Source of the DNA: the human T2T-CHM13v2.0 reference genome, Homo sapiens
Length of the DNA stretch: 64,000 bases
Assembly: GCF_009914755.1 (NCBI RefSeq)
Contig: NC_060943.1
Direction: 5' to 3' (one strand)
Part shown: piece by piece, positions 56,872 through 64,000 of the stretch
Layout: each line of letters starts with the position of its first letter
How positions within the stretch are numbered: position 1 is the stretch's first letter
Notes under the pieces: generated by a model
What the model saw: the letters and a program-made list of their open reading frames with translations, nothing else
What the model was told of the DNA's origin: nothing
Databases searched by the model: none
Translations under genes and position numbers: made by a program

Positions 56872-57423
56872 CTAAAAAAAAAAAAAAAAAGGAACACAAA
56901 ACCTGTGAGTATCATAGGTGGTCCAAGGAGCTTTACGAATGTCCTGGTAATGTTACAGCAGGGCCCTGGGGGTGGGGACGTGAGAGCTAAGGCTGGGTTA
57001 TAGAGGACCCCACAGTGATGGTAGTCAGACTTCCAGGAAAAGCATAGCAGGCTCCTGAGGGACACTGTAACAGGGCATTGAGGATTCTGTCAGGGTCCAA
57101 GGAACCTTAAAATGGGGCCCAGGGGCTGCTGGAATAGTGTCCTGAAGACATTACATGATCCCAAGGAAACTAGAGGGGACAGCTAAGGACAGGGCAGTTG
57201 CCTCAGGGTATTTTGGGGAAGAGCTGAGGGTGCTGTAATTAGGATTCTTAAGAAATTAAAGCAGGTGGCCAGGCGCAGTGGCTCACACCTGTAATTCCCA
57301 GCACTTTGGGAGGCCGAGTTGGGCGGATCACGAGGTCAGGAGATCGAGACCATCCTGGCTAACACGGTGAAACCCTGTCTCTACTAAAAATATAAAAATT
57401 AGCCAGGCGTGGTGGCAGGCTCA

Positions 57424-57651
<228 letters not shown>

Positions 57652-57744
57652 CTAGTAGGACACAGGGAGAATCAGGTAGGACACAGTAGGACACAGGCAG
57701 AATGAGAAAAATGAAGACATTCTGGACAAGGAGAACAGAGATTT

Positions 57745-59165
<1,421 letters not shown>

Positions 59166-59331
59166 CTACCTGACCAGCAGTTCCACTCCCAGATGTATGC
59201 TCAATAGAGCTGAAAACAGGCCAGGCATGGGTGTCTTGCACCTGTCATCCCAGTGCTTTGGGAGGCCAAGGTGGGAGGCTGTCTTGAGCCCAGCAGTTTG
59301 AGACCAGCCTGGGAAACATAGCAAGACACTA

Positions 59332-59496
<165 letters not shown>

Positions 59497-59506
59497 TCAA
59501 AAAAAA

Positions 59507-59623
59507 GGAAAGGAAGGAAGGAAGGAAGGAAGGAAGGAAGGAAGGAAGGAAGGAAGGAAGGAGGCAAGGAAGGAAGGAGGCAAGGAAGGAAGGAAGGAAG
59601 GAGGCAAGGAAGGAAGGAAGGAA
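59507..59623 (+). repeat. GGAA microsatellite (12 uninterrupted units, 23 total) in an Alu tail upstream of FCGRT
   Basis: (GGAA)12 at 59512-59559, then GGAGGCAA-interrupted blocks of 2, 4 and 4. Confidence 0.95.
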
Positions 59624-59624
59624 A

Positions 59625-59865
59625 GACTTCATATTATATGATTCAATTTCTTTGAAATGTGCAGAATAGGCAAATCTATCAAGACAGAAAGCAGATGAAT
59701 GGTTGCCAGGGGTCTGGGAGCAGCAGCTGTTTAACGGGGACAGACCTTCTGTTTGGGGTGATAAAAAAGCTCTGGAACTCGGATAGAGGTGACAGTTGCA
59801 CAGCACTGTAAATGTGTTAAATGACAGTAAGGGTAAATATTTTGAATATTTTACCACAATGAAAT
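59625..59865 (+). mobile_element. Old L1M 3'-end fragment
   Basis: ATATTATATGATTC...AATAGGCAAATCTAT...GACAGAAAGCAGATGAATGGTTGCCAGGGG...TTTTACCACAAT. Confidence 0.7.
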
Positions 59866-59965
59866 AAGTGTATGGGAAGCTTTGTAGCAGGAGTGTGGGC
59901 GGGGGCTGGTGCCTGGAGGGGCCTTCGAGTGAGGCAGCATTGTATGGGGACCATGTGGTCACTGA

Positions 59966-60514
<549 letters not shown>

Positions 60515-60666
60515 TCAAAGTAAAAAACGGGAACCACAGAGAAGGAAAAAGAAGAACCACAAGCGTTTTGAGAAACAAACAGGCTGGGCCTAGGGCCTGG
60601 GGTGTGCCCTGCAACTGGGGGGTGGGGCTGGATGTTCTTGGAGTCAGGGAGCAGCAGCCTCCCACA

Positions 60667-60755
60667 GGATGTGAGAGAGGAACTGGGGTCTCCAGTCACG
60701 GGAGCCAGGAGCCGGCCAGGGCCGCAGGCAGGAAGGGAGCGAGGCTGAAGGGAAC
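60667..60755 (+). other. FCGRT: FCGRT non-coding exon 1 (5' end approximate)
   Basis: Donor GGAAC|GTGAGC at 60755/6; splices to acceptor CCCAG|GTCGTC at 61391/2. Confidence 0.75.
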
Positions 60756-60775
60756 GTGAGCCGACCAGGGCCCGA

Positions 60776-61140
60776 CTGAGGGAGGAGGGGCTGGGGGCCT
60801 GGAACCCTGGGTCTGAGGGAGGAGTGGCTGGGGGTCTCGACACTGGGTCTGAGGGAGGAGGGGTGGGGGCCTGGATTCCTGGGTCTGAGAGAGGAGGGAC
60901 TGGGGGTCTGGACGCTGGGTCTGAGGGAGGAGGGAGGAGGGGCCGGGGGGGCCTGGACTCCTGGGTCCGAGGGAGGAGGGGTTGGGGGCCCGGACTCCTG
61001 GGTCCGAGGGTAGAGCGGTTGGGGGCCCGGACTCCTGGGTCCGAGGGTAGAGCGGTTGGGGGCCCGGACTCCTGGGTCCGAGGGAAGAGCGGTTGGGGGC
61101 CTGGACTCCGGGGTCTGAGGGAGGAGGGGCTGGGGCCTGA
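60776..61140 (+). repeat. MSR1 array containing the FCGRT 37-bp VNTR
   Basis: 37-bp units start at 60955, 60992, 61029, 61066 and 61103. Three carry the GGG(T/A)AGAGCGGTT variant. Confidence 0.9.
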
Positions 61141-61405
61141 GGGGGGCGGAAGGGGCGTGGCGGAGCTCGGGGCCGGGACTCTCAGCCTATCAAGTGTCTG
61201 TAATTAATTAACCAACTGAGATCCAGTTCAGGGGTGAAAGTTCTTCAGGTACGAGGAGGGCATTGTTGTCAGTCTGGACCGAGCCCGCAGAGCCCCTCCT
61301 CGGCGTCCTGGTCCCGGCCGTGCCCGCGGTGTCCCGGGAGGAAGGGGCGGGCCGGGGGTCGGGAGGAGTCACGTGCCCCCTCCCGCCCCAGGTCGTCCTC
61401 TCAGC

Positions 61406-62490
<1,085 letters not shown>

Positions 62491-62716
62491 GTGAGCCGGA
62501 TCTGCAGCCGCAGGCTGTTCTGTCCTCTCTCCCGTCATGCCCACCTGCCTCAGTTCCCCTGCCAGGACCCTCCATCAGCCTCCCACTGCAGCCCACGCTC
62601 TGCCCCCCCATTCCTCAGGGGTCCTTCTACACTCAGCCCTCCCATGGCTCCCCAGCGCCCCCCAGGACAAACTCCTGGCTTCCTTCCTTGCCTTCTTTTT
62701 TTTTTTTTTTTTGTGA

Positions 62717-62860
<144 letters not shown>

Positions 62861-63017
62861 TAATTTTGTATTTTTAGTAGAGACGGGGTTTCTTCATGTT
62901 GGTCAGGCTGGTCTCAAACCCCTGACCTCAGGTGATCCGCCCACCTCAGCCTCCCAAAGTGCTGGGATTACAGGCATGAGCTACTGCTCCTGGCTCCCCC
63001 CTTTTTTTTTTTTTTGA

Positions 63018-63254
<237 letters not shown>

Positions 63255-64000
63255 TGAGTAGCTGAGATTACAGGTGCATACCACCATAACTGGCTAATTT
63301 TTTTTTTTCCGCACAATCTCTGTTGCCCAGGCTAGTGTGAAGCAGGGTGATCTCAGCTCGCTGCAACCTCCGCCTCCTGGGTTTAAGGGATTCCGCTGCT
63401 TCAGCCTCATGAGTAGCTGGCACTATAGGCACATCCACCATGTCTGGCTAATTTTTATACTTTTAGTAGAGATGGGGTTTCGTCATGGTAGCTAGGCTGG
63501 TCTCAAACTCTTGACCTCAAGTGATCCACCCACCTCCGCCTCCCAAAGTGCTGGGATTACAGGAGTGAGCTACCGCGTCTGGCCATACCTGGCTAATTTT
63601 TAAAATTTGTTGTAGAGGTGGCATCTCACTATGCTGCCCAGGCCAGACTCAAACTCCTGGCCTCAAGTGATTCTCTCACTTTGGCCTCCCAGGGTGCTGG
63701 GATGACAGGTGTGAGCCACTGTGCTTGGCCTTCCTTGCCTTAATGTCCTCATCAGACCCACGCAGCAGCACTTGTCTCTACGCAGCCATCAGAGTCTACG
63801 CTCCAGCCACCCAACATAAGCAATCTCCTCCCTCTGGGCATTTGCTCATCCAGTTTCCCCTGGCACCTCTCTGTTCCACCCTTCCCCCTCTCTGCATATA
63901 CTCCAGCCCTCCTTATTCTTCAAGGTCAGGGCTGGATATCACTTCCTCTGAGAAGCCTTTCCTCAGCTCTGTAGGGCAGAGTTCACTGTTTCCTCCCCGG

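Overview
Human (hominid) genomic DNA from chr19q13.33, very Alu-rich. I identified it by reading exons and GT-AG splice sites directly and recognising the proteins. Gene order on the + strand: ALDH16A1 (coding exons 2-17; exon 1 lies upstream of the window), FLT3LG (complete, 235 aa), RPL13A (complete, 203 aa, hosting SNORD32A/33/34/35A), RPS11 (complete, 158 aa, hosting SNORD35B), and the 5' part of FCGRT (signal peptide, alpha1, alpha2). The - strand carries MIR150 and an Alu-interrupted COX6C processed pseudogene. Exon lengths sum to the expected CDS sizes. Almost all other ORFs in the track are Alu or tandem-repeat artefacts. The most notable non-genic structure is the chr19q MSR1 35-37 bp minisatellite, which recurs in four of the five genes. 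It includes a ~3.3 kb array with higher-order structure in ALDH16A1 intron 5 and the FCGRT VNTR. I see no convincing wholly new gene system. The best leads are regulatory or evolutionary: the MSR1 arrays next to splice sites, with a stop-free antisense strand; an FLT3LG uORF whose stop overlaps the main AUG; an Alu exon giving soluble FLT3L; a COX6C pseudogene preserving ancestral residues; parallel RPL13A/RPS11 promoter architecture; and an old, degenerate ~22-bp repeat field. Comparisons with reference sequences and literature are from memory and are flagged as such.
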